This document shows positions 38,623-48,105 of a DNA stretch of 64,000 bases, in pieces. The translations under genes and the position numbers were made by a program. The stretch is from Acetatifactor sp. (GTDB lineage Bacteria > Bacillota > Clostridia > Lachnospirales > Lachnospiraceae), in the NCBI GenBank assembly GCA_045541195.1, contig JAZQIQ010000016.1, forward strand, positions 18,264 through 82,263, read 5' to 3'. The first letter of the stretch is position 1. Every line of letters starts with the position of its first letter. The notes under the pieces were generated by a model. That model ran no database searches, was not told the origin of the DNA, and worked only from the letters and a program-made list of their open reading frames with translations.

Positions 38623-39933
38623 ATGAATATTGTTTTATTATCCGGTGGTTCCGGCAAAAGACTTTGGCCCTTGTCCAATGACATTCGATCAAAGCAATTT
38701 ATTAAGATCTTCAAGAAAGAGAATGATGAGTATGAATCCATGGTGCAGAGAGTGTATCATCAGATTCAGGAAGTGGATAAGGATGCAACCGTCACCATTG
38801 CTACTTCTAAGACCCAGGTTTCAGCAATTCGTAATCAGTTGGGTGAGCAGGTGGGTATCTGTGTGGAGCCTTGCAGAAGAGATACTTTCCCTGCAATTGC
38901 TCTGGCAACAGCATACTTACATGATGTACAGGGAATTTCAGAGGATGACTCCGTGGTAGTATGTCCTGTGGATCCTTATGTAAATACGGATTATTTTGAG
39001 GCGTTGAAGGAGCTGGGAAGACTTGCACAGGAGGGGGATGCCAATCTTGTGCTGATGGGTATTGAACCTACCTATCCAAGTGAGAAATACGGATATATCA
39101 TTCCTACCGATAAAGAGCAGGTAAGTAAGGTAGATACCTTTAAGGAGAAGCCGGATGCAAAGACCGCAGAAGAGTATATCTCTCAGGGGGCACTTTGGAA
39201 CGGTGGTGTTTTTGCATACAAGTTAAAGTATGTTCTTGAGAAGGCGCATGAGTTGATTGATTTTGTGGATTATCAGGATTTGTTTAACAAGTATGATACA
39301 CTGACCAAAATCAGCTTTGACTATGCAGTAGTTGAGAAAGAAGATAATATTCAGGTGCTCAGATTTGGCGGTGAATGGAAGGATTTGGGAACCTGGAATA
39401 CCTTAACCGAAGCTATGTCGGAGAACACTATCGGTAAGGTAATGTACAACGACAAGTGTGAGGACATTCATGTTATCAATGAATTGGATGTGCCGGTGCT
39501 TTGTATGGGTGTAAAGGATGTAATCGTATGTGCCAGTGCAGAAGGTATCCTGGTATCGGACAAGGAGCAGTCTGCGGCAATTAAGCCATATGTAGATCAG
39601 ATTGACCAGCAGATTATGTTTGCAGAAAAGTCGTGGGGAAGCTTCCAGGTTATGGATGTAGAGAATGGTAATATGACCATTAAGGTTACCTTAAATCCGG
39701 GGAACTCCATGAATTACCATAGTCATGAAATGCGTGAAGAGGTATGGACAGTTCTCAGTGGTAAGGGCTATGTGGTTCTGGACGGTGAGAAGAAGGCTGT
39801 TCAGACCGGAGATGTAGTAACCATGCCTATCGGCTGTAAGCATACCATTGTTGCGGAGACAGAGCTTAAGGTAATGGAAGTACAGATTGGTTCTGAAATC
39901 AGTGTTCACGATAAGATTAAGTGGGACTTATAA
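38623..39933 (+). CDS. manC: Mannose-1-phosphate guanylyltransferase with C-terminal cupin
   Basis: LLSGGSGKRLWPLS, EPCRRDTFPAI, FKEKP, ISFDYAVVEK, WKDLGTW, EKSWGSF, HSHEMREEVW. Confidence 0.9.
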   Translation: MNIVLLSGGSGKRLWPLSNDIRSKQFIKIFKKENDEYESMVQRVYHQIQEVDKDATVTIATSKTQVSAIRNQLGEQVGICVEPCRRDTFPAIALATAYLHDVQGISEDDSVVVCPVDPYVNTDYFEALKELGRLAQEGDANLVLMGIEPTYPSEKYGYIIPTDKEQVSKVDTFKEKPDAKTAEEYISQGALWNGGVFAYKLKYVLEKAHELIDFVDYQDLFNKYDTLTKISFDYAVVEKEDNIQVLRFGGEWKDLGTWNTLTEAMSENTIGKVMYNDKCEDIHVINELDVPVLCMGVKDVIVCASAEGILVSDKEQSAAIKPYVDQIDQQIMFAEKSWGSFQVMDVENGNMTIKVTLNPGNSMNYHSHEMREEVWTVLSGKGYVVLDGEKKAVQTGDVVTMPIGCKHTIVAETELKVMEVQIGSEISVHDKIKWDL

Positions 39934-39942
39934 AAAGTATTT

Positions 39943-39974
39943 AAAAGCGCTCAGCCAAACGGCTGGGCGCTTTT
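39943..39974. terminator. Bidirectional terminator
   Basis: AAAAGCGCTCAGCC-AAAC-GGCTGGGCGCTTTT. Confidence 0.82.
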
Positions 39975-39980
39975 TGATGA

Positions 39981-42338
39981 TTATCTCACTGCGATAATTC
40001 CGTATTCGGCACATAAGTTATTAAACTCGTTGGAATAGATGAATCCATTTAAGATATCTTTGCGAGGTGTTCCCAAAGCCATGGCTTTCAACCAGGCTGC
40101 CATGCCACCGGTATCTGCCTCGCGGTTGAAGAAAGAACTGTACAGTATCTGGATATATTTGCTATCGGTTGTGTTTCTTGCTTCGAACTCCCCGGAGTTT
40201 ATGAAATGATTTCCTACATCCGTACCAACCAGACTGCCGTTAAGCAAAGCGGTAGACCAGTAATCTAAACCGCTTTCGTCCGCAGAACGGCTTAAGGCAA
40301 CGGTGTACATTCGCTCGATAAATTTACGGACAAGACCTTCCTGATTTTTGATGGCAAGGATTCCGTAACTGTTACAGAGAGCATTGAATTCCTGGGAAGA
40401 GATGAATCCATTTAGCAGAGCTTGTCTGGTATATCCCTGCGCAAAAAGTTCTAACCAATAAGAACGCCCACTATCATCAGCCTCTCGATTGAGAATTGCA
40501 CGATATAAGGTGTCAATATAGTCGCTGTCACTTAGGTTTCTTCCGATAAACTCTGTACCATTGATGAAGTCGCTGGCAACGGAGGCTCCATCAGAGCGAA
40601 GTGCAATAAGTTCGGCAGTCCAGAAATTTAATCCACCCTCTTCGGCAGAGCGGTTCAGAACGATGGTATACATGCGTTCTACGAAGTTTCTTACATTCTG
40701 TTCCTGCACGCTGGGTGCTTCTCCGGAAGTAGGGAGTGAAACGGTAATAACACAAACTGCCGCTTTCGTGTTGTCCGTAGTCTTTACAATAACACCTGCC
40801 ATGCCATTGCCCACAGCAGTTACGAAACCGTTACTGTCCACGGTAATAACGGAAGTGTCGGAGCTACTCCAGGTGATTTCTGCGTTATCTGCATCTGCCG
40901 GAGTTACGGTAGCGGCCAGTTGCAAGGTCTGACCTTGTGCAGTAAGGATTGCACTTTCGGCATTCAGAGTAATGTCAGTAACCAGAGACACTGCAGAAGG
41001 GTCATAATCTGTGGCAGAAATCTTACTTAAAACGCCGGACTGGAATTTTTCAGTAGTATAACGTTCCTGCAATTCGGCAGCTGCAAAGGTGTTAGATCCT
41101 CGAAAAGCAATGTTGTTACTTGCATCGCAATAGTAGTATTTGCCGTTTAATAAAACGATATTGTAGGTGTGGGCACCGGCATCAAGTCCCATCAGAATAC
41201 GATTCTCGATACCCAGCTCACGAAGCATTCGGTAGAAGAGGAGAGCATAGCCCTGACATGTTGCTTTTCCGTTACATAATGCTGAGTAGGCGGTATGATA
41301 AATTTCTTCGACTGTACCGATATAGCTCACATTATTATGGATGTAATTCATACAGGCAGTAACTTTATCATGCGGACTGGCCGTCTTAGCGTATGCAAGA
41401 GGTCCACCGCTTGCAAAGAGGGAGGAAAGCTTGGCTTCAAAAGCAGCCTCCTGCTCGGGGGTGGTGATATATAAGGTGCCGGAAGTGTCCAAGGTAATTG
41501 CAGAAAGTATTTCTCCACGATAATTGTTGTCCTCATAATTGGTAGAAGTGGCTCTGGAACCCAAAAAGCTTTGCTCCAGATAATCCCCTTCCGTAGCAGG
41601 AATACTTCCCTGGCTTGAATAGAAATCGAAAATATTGTAGGGGTCAAACACATATTGATTGTAGAGCGTAGAGGCATAATCATCCCGCACGGAATCCGCA
41701 ACTGCATGCGATGTGTAGAAAACATATTCGCCGTTTTGTTTATTTAAAAAAACCTTTCTCATGGCGGAAAGAAGCTCGTCCGTGGTCAGGTATAAATCGC
41801 TTGGTTTTGTAGCACCGAAATCCGTATAGTTTGCGCCTGCTTCAGCCGGGATTACCGTGATAGGGATGGAAGCGAATACACGGTAGCCTTTGTTTTCTGA
41901 ATAACGGAACAGGGTCAGATAGTAATTGTCACCGGCATCAGTGGCTTTTAATCCCTTGATGCACACCTTGTGTGGGGTATCTACAGACGGGGACCAGACG
42001 ATTGCGTGCTCATTGTTGTAGATAAGAGCGTTTTCGTCCAGAGTAGTACCTACGGTAATTGTCCAAGTATGGTGGATGGAGTAATAGTTGGAAAGCTCTT
42101 CAGGTCTGATGATGCCCTCATCCGGGTCTATATAAGCATAGGTCAGGGAAAGTGTCTCACCCTCATGGACCGTAATACTCTGAAAGGTCTCGTTATTGTC
42201 ATTAATGATTCCGCCGTACCAGTAGTAAAAATATGGAGTTCTTGTTAGTTCCTCCGCATGTGAGGTAGTGCCTGTTGTCATTATTATGCACAAGGCAAGA
42301 ATCAGATAGAATTTTAAAAGATGCCATTTTCTTTGCAT
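39981..42338 (-). CDS. Secreted transglutaminase-like + Big_2 Ig-like + DUF4214-type module protein
   Basis: Signal peptide; ATCQGYALL...AHTYNIV...YYCD; TLQLAATVTPADADNAEITWSSSDTSVITVDSNG (Big_2-like); two AB repeat pairs ending ...AEYGIIAVR. Confidence 0.82.
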   Translation of the reverse strand: MQRKWHLLKFYLILALCIIMTTGTTSHAEELTRTPYFYYWYGGIINDNNETFQSITVHEGETLSLTYAYIDPDEGIIRPEELSNYYSIHHTWTITVGTTLDENALIYNNEHAIVWSPSVDTPHKVCIKGLKATDAGDNYYLTLFRYSENKGYRVFASIPITVIPAEAGANYTDFGATKPSDLYLTTDELLSAMRKVFLNKQNGEYVFYTSHAVADSVRDDYASTLYNQYVFDPYNIFDFYSSQGSIPATEGDYLEQSFLGSRATSTNYEDNNYRGEILSAITLDTSGTLYITTPEQEAAFEAKLSSLFASGGPLAYAKTASPHDKVTACMNYIHNNVSYIGTVEEIYHTAYSALCNGKATCQGYALLFYRMLRELGIENRILMGLDAGAHTYNIVLLNGKYYYCDASNNIAFRGSNTFAAAELQERYTTEKFQSGVLSKISATDYDPSAVSLVTDITLNAESAILTAQGQTLQLAATVTPADADNAEITWSSSDTSVITVDSNGFVTAVGNGMAGVIVKTTDNTKAAVCVITVSLPTSGEAPSVQEQNVRNFVERMYTIVLNRSAEEGGLNFWTAELIALRSDGASVASDFINGTEFIGRNLSDSDYIDTLYRAILNREADDSGRSYWLELFAQGYTRQALLNGFISSQEFNALCNSYGILAIKNQEGLVRKFIERMYTVALSRSADESGLDYWSTALLNGSLVGTDVGNHFINSGEFEARNTTDSKYIQILYSSFFNREADTGGMAAWLKAMALGTPRKDILNGFIYSNEFNNLCAEYGIIAVR

Positions 42339-42451
42339 AACGAAATCTCCCTTCTCGTTGATAGGAATATTGTACCATACAAAAAGAAGGTTTGGTACTT
42401 ATTTCTTACTAGCGCTGACTTATAGTTCTATGGGCGCTGCTACTGTTTTGC

Positions 42452-42480
42452 ATGACATTGCCCATGAAATATAGTATACT
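42452..42480 (+). promoter_or_regulatory. Promoter of the flippase operon
   Basis: ATGACA-N17-TATACT. Confidence 0.5.
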
Positions 42481-42501
42481 AAAGAGAAAAAGGTTTTAGT
42501 A

Positions 42502-43917
42502 GTGAAAAGGACAAAGGGCGTAGGTTTTGTAAAAAATGTAATATATGCATTGGGTGCGCAGGGCGTATCCATTATGCTCAGTGTATTTCTGGCATTGATG
42601 TTTCCCAAGCTTCTTGGTGTGCAACAATACAGTTTTTGGCGTCTTTTTTCTTTATACATTGCATATGCATATGTGGCCCATCTGGGATTGCATGACGGTG
42701 TTTATCTCCGGCTTGGCGGAAAGGACTATCATGAACTGGATTTTTCCGTACTGAAAACAAATCTGGTGTTTACCACCATTTGGCAGTTTGTGTTAGGTGC
42801 TCTGATTCTGTGGACTACCATCGGTTTTTTTGAGTTAGAGGAGCAACGTGTATTTGTTATTGCATGTACGGCGATATATATTTTTTTGACCAATGTAATA
42901 GGTTTCTTGCATTGTTTGCTACAGGCTACCAATCGCATTAAGGAGTATTCAGGAACCATTCTTGTGGAAAAAGGATGTTTTCTCTGTGTGGTGATTGTTG
43001 GTCTGCTTGTGAGGTGTAGTTCTCTGGAAGTGTATGTACTTGCCTTTATTCTGGCAAGAGTGATTTCGCTGGTATGCACCCTGTGGATATGTAAGAATAT
43101 TGTAAGGTGTAAAGTAGCACCTTGGGTTATCGGTATTCAGGAGGTTATTGCTAATATCAGTACCGGCGTGAGTCTGATGATTTCCAACTTTACCAATATG
43201 CTTCTGCTGGGTGTAGCACAGTTTATGATTGATGGACATTGGGGAGTGGAAACCTTTGGGATGTTTTCGTTGGCACTGGCGCTGTCGGAATTTTTTGTGA
43301 CATTTATCAGCCAGGTGAGTGTGGCGCTTTTTCCGGAATTCCGTCGCATGGAGAAGGAGGCTCTTTCCAATTCATATCGCGCGCTTAGAACCGGAGTGGG
43401 AGCTCTTCTTTTACTGGCATTCTTGGGGTACCTGCCTATGTATATGCTTGTGGAACTTTGGATGCCCCAGTATGGAGAATGCCTGAAATATTTGATTTTA
43501 CTATTTCCCATCTGTATATTTGACGGTAAGATGGGAATGTTGTGTAATACTTACTTTAAGGCCTTGAGAAAGGAAAGAGACTTGTTGATTATCAATGTCC
43601 TTGCATTGGTGGTTGGAACGCTGATATACGCATTGGCAACCTTTGTTCTGGATAACATTTTGCTGGTGGGTATCGGGATGATGGTAATCATTGGAATCCG
43701 GAGTATTGCAGCAGAGTGGTATCTGTCCGTTTTGTTTCAAAAGGATACATCGCGCATGCGTATTTGGGAACTGGTTCTTGTGACAGTGTTTGTGCTTTCA
43801 ACCTGGTTTTTGGGACCGTTCTGGGGATTTTTGTTGTATATTATCGCTTATGTAGTATTTGGCATATCCTATAAAACGCAGCTTGTATGGTTGTTAAAGT
43901 ATGGACGATTAAAATAG
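42502..43917 (+). CDS. Wzx-like oligosaccharide flippase
   Basis: About 12 TM segments; FPKLLGVQQYSFWRLF, HLGLHDGVYLR, VALFPEFRR. Confidence 0.8.
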   Translation: MKRTKGVGFVKNVIYALGAQGVSIMLSVFLALMFPKLLGVQQYSFWRLFSLYIAYAYVAHLGLHDGVYLRLGGKDYHELDFSVLKTNLVFTTIWQFVLGALILWTTIGFFELEEQRVFVIACTAIYIFLTNVIGFLHCLLQATNRIKEYSGTILVEKGCFLCVVIVGLLVRCSSLEVYVLAFILARVISLVCTLWICKNIVRCKVAPWVIGIQEVIANISTGVSLMISNFTNMLLLGVAQFMIDGHWGVETFGMFSLALALSEFFVTFISQVSVALFPEFRRMEKEALSNSYRALRTGVGALLLLAFLGYLPMYMLVELWMPQYGECLKYLILLFPICIFDGKMGMLCNTYFKALRKERDLLIINVLALVVGTLIYALATFVLDNILLVGIGMMVIIGIRSIAAEWYLSVLFQKDTSRMRIWELVLVTVFVLSTWFLGPFWGFLLYIIAYVVFGISYKTQLVWLLKYGRLK

Positions 43918-43935
43918 TAGGGAGACAAGGTTGCT

Positions 43936-45420
43936 ATGAAAAAGGAAACCGTTTTGAAATGGCTGGAAGTGTGTGTGGTTCTGGGCATAGGTTTTATTCT
44001 TATTATAGGAATTCTGTATAAATCCGGCGTAATAAGGTCCGGATATCATTTTGTGGATGATCATGAAGTTCTGCGGATGGAGATGATTTTTGAAAATGGA
44101 GAGAGTACACTGGGGGAGCAGATTGGCGCCTGGCTTCAGAATGACCTGAGCTGGAGGTTTCGCCCGTTTTACTGGGTAGAACGTGTGCTGGGGAGCTATT
44201 TATTCGGAGCAGACATGCTTCTGTGGAACATTTACACTGCTATAAAGGGGGTTCTTTCTTTTGCATTACTATATTATGTGGCAAGGTATTTGGGACATAA
44301 TCCTATTATCAGTACCTTGTTTCCGTCCATTATTATGCTGGGAGAGCAGTTTACTCCCTGGTACCGTAGTGCAAATCAGGAGAATACCGGGCTTTTGTTT
44401 ATGGCGATGGTGCTTTATCTGATAGCGGGACAATATGCAAAACGGAAGTTTACATGTCCGGTGTACAATGTTCTGATTGTGTTGTTTACCATTTTGTGCG
44501 GACTGGTGAAGGAGAGTTTCGCCATGTGCATTCCGGCATTTATGGCATTCAAGTTCTGGCTGGAGTATTGTGATGCCGGTAAAGAGCCGTATTACCGTGA
44601 TGTTTCTTATCTGTCTGTGTTTAAGAATAATATGTGGACATATATAGCTCTTTTGGTTGTGGGGCTGGGGGATTTGTATGGTATTCTTTTTGTTTCCGGT
44701 GTGGACAATGTGGACTATGCCGGTTTTCAGGAAAATACCACACTTATGACATATATTAACGGAATCTGTAATAGTCTGACGGTATATTTGAAATGGTATA
44801 CCCTTTTTGGGGCGATGCTCATTTTTATTGCTATTATGTGCTGTCACTTGTTCCAAAAGAAGTTTTGGAAGCAGTATTTGGGCTTTGGGCTGATTGGTTT
44901 TTATATTATTGTAGTGCAGCTTGCGGCACATGCCAAAAGTCTGATGTGGGAGCGGTATATTATTCCGTGTATTGTAGGATATGCATTTGTATTTGTGCTT
45001 CTGGGCTATGAGCTTTTCAGCAAGCATGTGTTTCAACGAAGAGTATATACCGGGATTTTGGTGCTCCTGCTGCTTTTGGAGATTCCGTTGGCTTATAAAA
45101 AGGCCGTGGCATGGGCATATGATGGACAGATGATTGCGCAGTATTTTCAGTGCATACTGGATAATTCTGCAGCAGAGGATGTGATTCTTTGCAGTTTTAG
45201 TGACGAAGAGCTGAATTTATCGTCGGATTATTGGTTGGATGCTCATGAAAGACCTAATGTGGAGTTTTATCAGGGCGGAGCCATTGCTGGGGAAACATAT
45301 GCAGTCGTGACCTGCTATAATAATCAGGTGGCCGGAATGGTTGCTGTGTTGGAAGCTGCGGGAGAGGATTCTTACAGCGTGTGTGAGTATATGAATTATT
45401 CGGTGATTTTGCTTAAGTAG
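43936..45420 (+). CDS. Polytopic membrane protein, probable GT-C glycosyltransferase
   Basis: GYHFVDDHE acidic loop motif, RFRPFY, many TMs, C-terminal soluble tail. Confidence 0.6.
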   Translation: MKKETVLKWLEVCVVLGIGFILIIGILYKSGVIRSGYHFVDDHEVLRMEMIFENGESTLGEQIGAWLQNDLSWRFRPFYWVERVLGSYLFGADMLLWNIYTAIKGVLSFALLYYVARYLGHNPIISTLFPSIIMLGEQFTPWYRSANQENTGLLFMAMVLYLIAGQYAKRKFTCPVYNVLIVLFTILCGLVKESFAMCIPAFMAFKFWLEYCDAGKEPYYRDVSYLSVFKNNMWTYIALLVVGLGDLYGILFVSGVDNVDYAGFQENTTLMTYINGICNSLTVYLKWYTLFGAMLIFIAIMCCHLFQKKFWKQYLGFGLIGFYIIVVQLAAHAKSLMWERYIIPCIVGYAFVFVLLGYELFSKHVFQRRVYTGILVLLLLLEIPLAYKKAVAWAYDGQMIAQYFQCILDNSAAEDVILCSFSDEELNLSSDYWLDAHERPNVEFYQGGAIAGETYAVVTCYNNQVAGMVAVLEAAGEDSYSVCEYMNYSVILLK

Positions 45421-45488
45421 AAGGCTTTATAGTTGCAGGCGCCTGTGCAGTAATAGGAGATAGCGTAAGGAAGATTGGGATAGTATTA

Positions 45489-46940
45489 ATGAAAAAAGGG
45501 AAAGTTTTAGCATTGGTAATAGGGATACTCTGTGTGGCGGGAGCTGTGACAGCCTTTCTGTTATTATATAAGCCGAAGGAATTGCGTCAGGACTTGGAGC
45601 GTCTGGAAAAAGATGTTTATAATGGAATTTTTGTTTCTGCATTTGCCACGGATTATTATGAGGAGGACGTATTTCAGACTTATCGTGGCGTTTCTGTGCT
45701 AATTGCGGATTATGAAATGAAAAAGGCCGAAACCTATGCGGATTATTTTAATGCAGCATGGGCATCTGATAATCAGATTACTAATGTTTATATGGGAGTG
45801 GATCCTTATTTACTTTGGGAAGAGGCTGATGGCAAAAAGGAAAAATGGGAGGAACTGATTGACTTTTATTTCATTCGGTATGTGAAGGCACATCCGGATG
45901 TGACATTTGAGATCTTGCTTCCCTATGATAGTCTTTCTAAATGGCTTACATTGGATGATGAGGAAGTGCAGCAACGTTATGAGTGTTACTTTGCGTTTGT
46001 GGACCTTATGGATGATTATACCAATGTGATGCAGTATTATGTGGGCGGTCAGGAGTGGCTGATTGCCAATCCGGGGAATTACGAAGAAGGACAGGCCGGT
46101 GAAGATATCGCGAAGAAGCTGCAGCTTTTGTGTTTCTGCGACCATGAATATGTGATAGCTTCGGGGAATGCCCGGACTTTGCTGGACGGACTTAAGGCTC
46201 TTTTAGAGCAAGAGAGAGCAAATTCGTATGTTTATGCGGATTTATCGGAGTATGCTTTTGTATTCTTTGGGGATAGTATTATTGCTAATGCCAGAGGAAG
46301 CCATTCCATTCCGGGGGTTGTCAGTGGTCTTACCGGTGCACAAAGCTTTAGTCTGGCGGTGGGGGGGATTGCTGCCACTGTGGATCCGAAGTCAGATTTT
46401 TCTTTGCCCTATATGGTGGAGACTTTTATTGCCGGTGGAGATGAAGCGGTGAAACTGGAGAGTGATTATCAGCTTGGTTTAAATGAGTACCTGGCTGCAA
46501 ATGTGGATAAAAAGCATGTGTTTGTGCTAAATTTCGGTTTAAATGATTATTTTGGCGGACATCCGGTATCTTCGGAGGATGCGGAGGATTTGGGAACTTA
46601 TGTCGGGGCTCTTAGGGCAGGGATTTCTGCATTGAAGGAGGCCGATCCGGAGGCACAGATTATCGTACAGGTTCCCACTTATACTAATTTCTTTTCAGAG
46701 GGAACAGATATCTTGTGCGAAGATGGTACGGGACGGGTTCTGAAGGATTATGCAGAAGCTGCCATTATGGTAGCAGAGGAGATGAACGTGCTTTGTCTCG
46801 ACAATTACTACGGATTTGAGATGAATGGAAGTAACTATGAAAAATATCTGGCAGATGGGTGTCATCCAAATGATTACGGACGTTATGTTCTTGGAAAGAG
46901 ATTAGCCCAGTTTGCCGGGGAGAATTTAAAGGATGAGTAA
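45489..46940 (+). CDS. Membrane-anchored SGNH/GDSL hydrolase or acyltransferase with uncharacterised N-terminal domain
   Basis: N-terminal TM; FFGDSI, LNFGLND, DGCHPN catalytic blocks. Confidence 0.8.
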   Translation: MKKGKVLALVIGILCVAGAVTAFLLLYKPKELRQDLERLEKDVYNGIFVSAFATDYYEEDVFQTYRGVSVLIADYEMKKAETYADYFNAAWASDNQITNVYMGVDPYLLWEEADGKKEKWEELIDFYFIRYVKAHPDVTFEILLPYDSLSKWLTLDDEEVQQRYECYFAFVDLMDDYTNVMQYYVGGQEWLIANPGNYEEGQAGEDIAKKLQLLCFCDHEYVIASGNARTLLDGLKALLEQERANSYVYADLSEYAFVFFGDSIIANARGSHSIPGVVSGLTGAQSFSLAVGGIAATVDPKSDFSLPYMVETFIAGGDEAVKLESDYQLGLNEYLAANVDKKHVFVLNFGLNDYFGGHPVSSEDAEDLGTYVGALRAGISALKEADPEAQIIVQVPTYTNFFSEGTDILCEDGTGRVLKDYAEAAIMVAEEMNVLCLDNYYGFEMNGSNYEKYLADGCHPNDYGRYVLGKRLAQFAGENLKDE

Positions 46941-48105
46941 CTTGAAGTTTGATAAAAACAAAATGATTGCAGGTGTGTTGCTTGCTACCGTGCTGGGAAT
47001 GCTCCTGCGCTGGACGGGGATCCGATTTGAAGGTGTGGATTATATAAAGAGCCTGCATCCATGGTATCAGGGGCTGGCGGAAAATGGCACGCTGAAAGGC
47101 TTGGCAGAGTATAATGGAGATTACAATATTCCTTATGTGACACTGCTTTACTTTCTTACAAAGATCCCCTTAGAACCTTTGGTGAGTATCAAGCTCTCTT
47201 CCATTGTATTTGATATCATGGAAGCTCTTTTGGTACTTATTATTGTGCGAGAAATCGTAGGGGAAGGAAAGCGGGACTTTTATGGTTTCCTGGCCTATGG
47301 CCTGGTATTTTGTAACCCGGTGGCAGTAGTGAACAGCGGATATTTGGCCCAATGTGAAAGTGTCTGGGTGGCGTTGACGCTACTGTGCTTTTTGTGTCTT
47401 TGGAAAAATCATCCGGTGTGGGGAATTTTGGCCTTTGGTGCAGCGTTTGCCATGAAACCTCAGGGCATTTTTATCTTGCCCATTATTATTTTGTTGTATT
47501 ATAAGCAGAAGAATTTCTCGTTGCTTCATTTCGTTTGGTTTCCGGTTGCAATACAAGTGTTGTGCATTCCGGCAATTATGGGTGGTTGCAGCTTTGATAT
47601 CTTTATTAAGAATTTGAAGATGATGATGGGGCACTATCCTTATGTGTATTATTATTATCCTAACATCTGGACCTACATTCAGAATGCACCCTATTATGTG
47701 TTCGGAAAAGTGGGGATTTTTAGCGCATTTGCGGTTCTCTTGGCGTTTATGCTGATTTTTGCATGGAGCAAAAAGAGTGTGAAGTTAGAGGCTTATTTTG
47801 AGTATATCATTTTTACCACCATGACTTGTGTCATGATACTTCCCTGTATGCACGAGCGCTATAATTATATGGCAGAAGTGCTTCTTCCGGTGATGGCCGT
47901 TTGGAAGAAAAAGTACCGAGTGCCTGCGCTGGTTCTGGTGATTTGTTCCATGATGTGTAACGGACAGAGTTACCTTGGCTGGCCCTGGGTATCTCATGAG
48001 TTGTTAGCAGCATGTAATGTTGCTGTATATATCTATCTTGCGGCGGAATGTGTGAAGGGTATTGGTTTTAAGTTTCTTCCCGGAAAGGAGGAACACTTAT
48101 GCTAA
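46933..48105 (+). CDS. GT-C glycosyltransferase (ALG6/GT87-like)
   Basis: VDY, GDYNIPY, NPVAVVNSGYLAQCES, MKPQ, HERY. Confidence 0.7.
   Translation: MSNLKFDKNKMIAGVLLATVLGMLLRWTGIRFEGVDYIKSLHPWYQGLAENGTLKGLAEYNGDYNIPYVTLLYFLTKIPLEPLVSIKLSSIVFDIMEALLVLIIVREIVGEGKRDFYGFLAYGLVFCNPVAVVNSGYLAQCESVWVALTLLCFLCLWKNHPVWGILAFGAAFAMKPQGIFILPIIILLYYKQKNFSLLHFVWFPVAIQVLCIPAIMGGCSFDIFIKNLKMMMGHYPYVYYYYPNIWTYIQNAPYYVFGKVGIFSAFAVLLAFMLIFAWSKKSVKLEAYFEYIIFTTMTCVMILPCMHERYNYMAEVLLPVMAVWKKKYRVPALVLVICSMMCNGQSYLGWPWVSHELLAACNVAVYIYLAAECVKGIGFKFLPGKEEHLC

Noticed and set aside
2417-42338. Calling the C-terminal repeats SLH or CWB2 domains
   Set aside because: No TRAE/ITRAE-like SLH motif or ILL/PILL CWB2 motif; repeats instead show LYxxxLxRxxDxxGxxYW.
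45433-45450. Hairpin TGCAGGC-GCCTGTGCA after the 43936 gene as a terminator
   Set aside because: No loop space, bulged stem and no T-tract.
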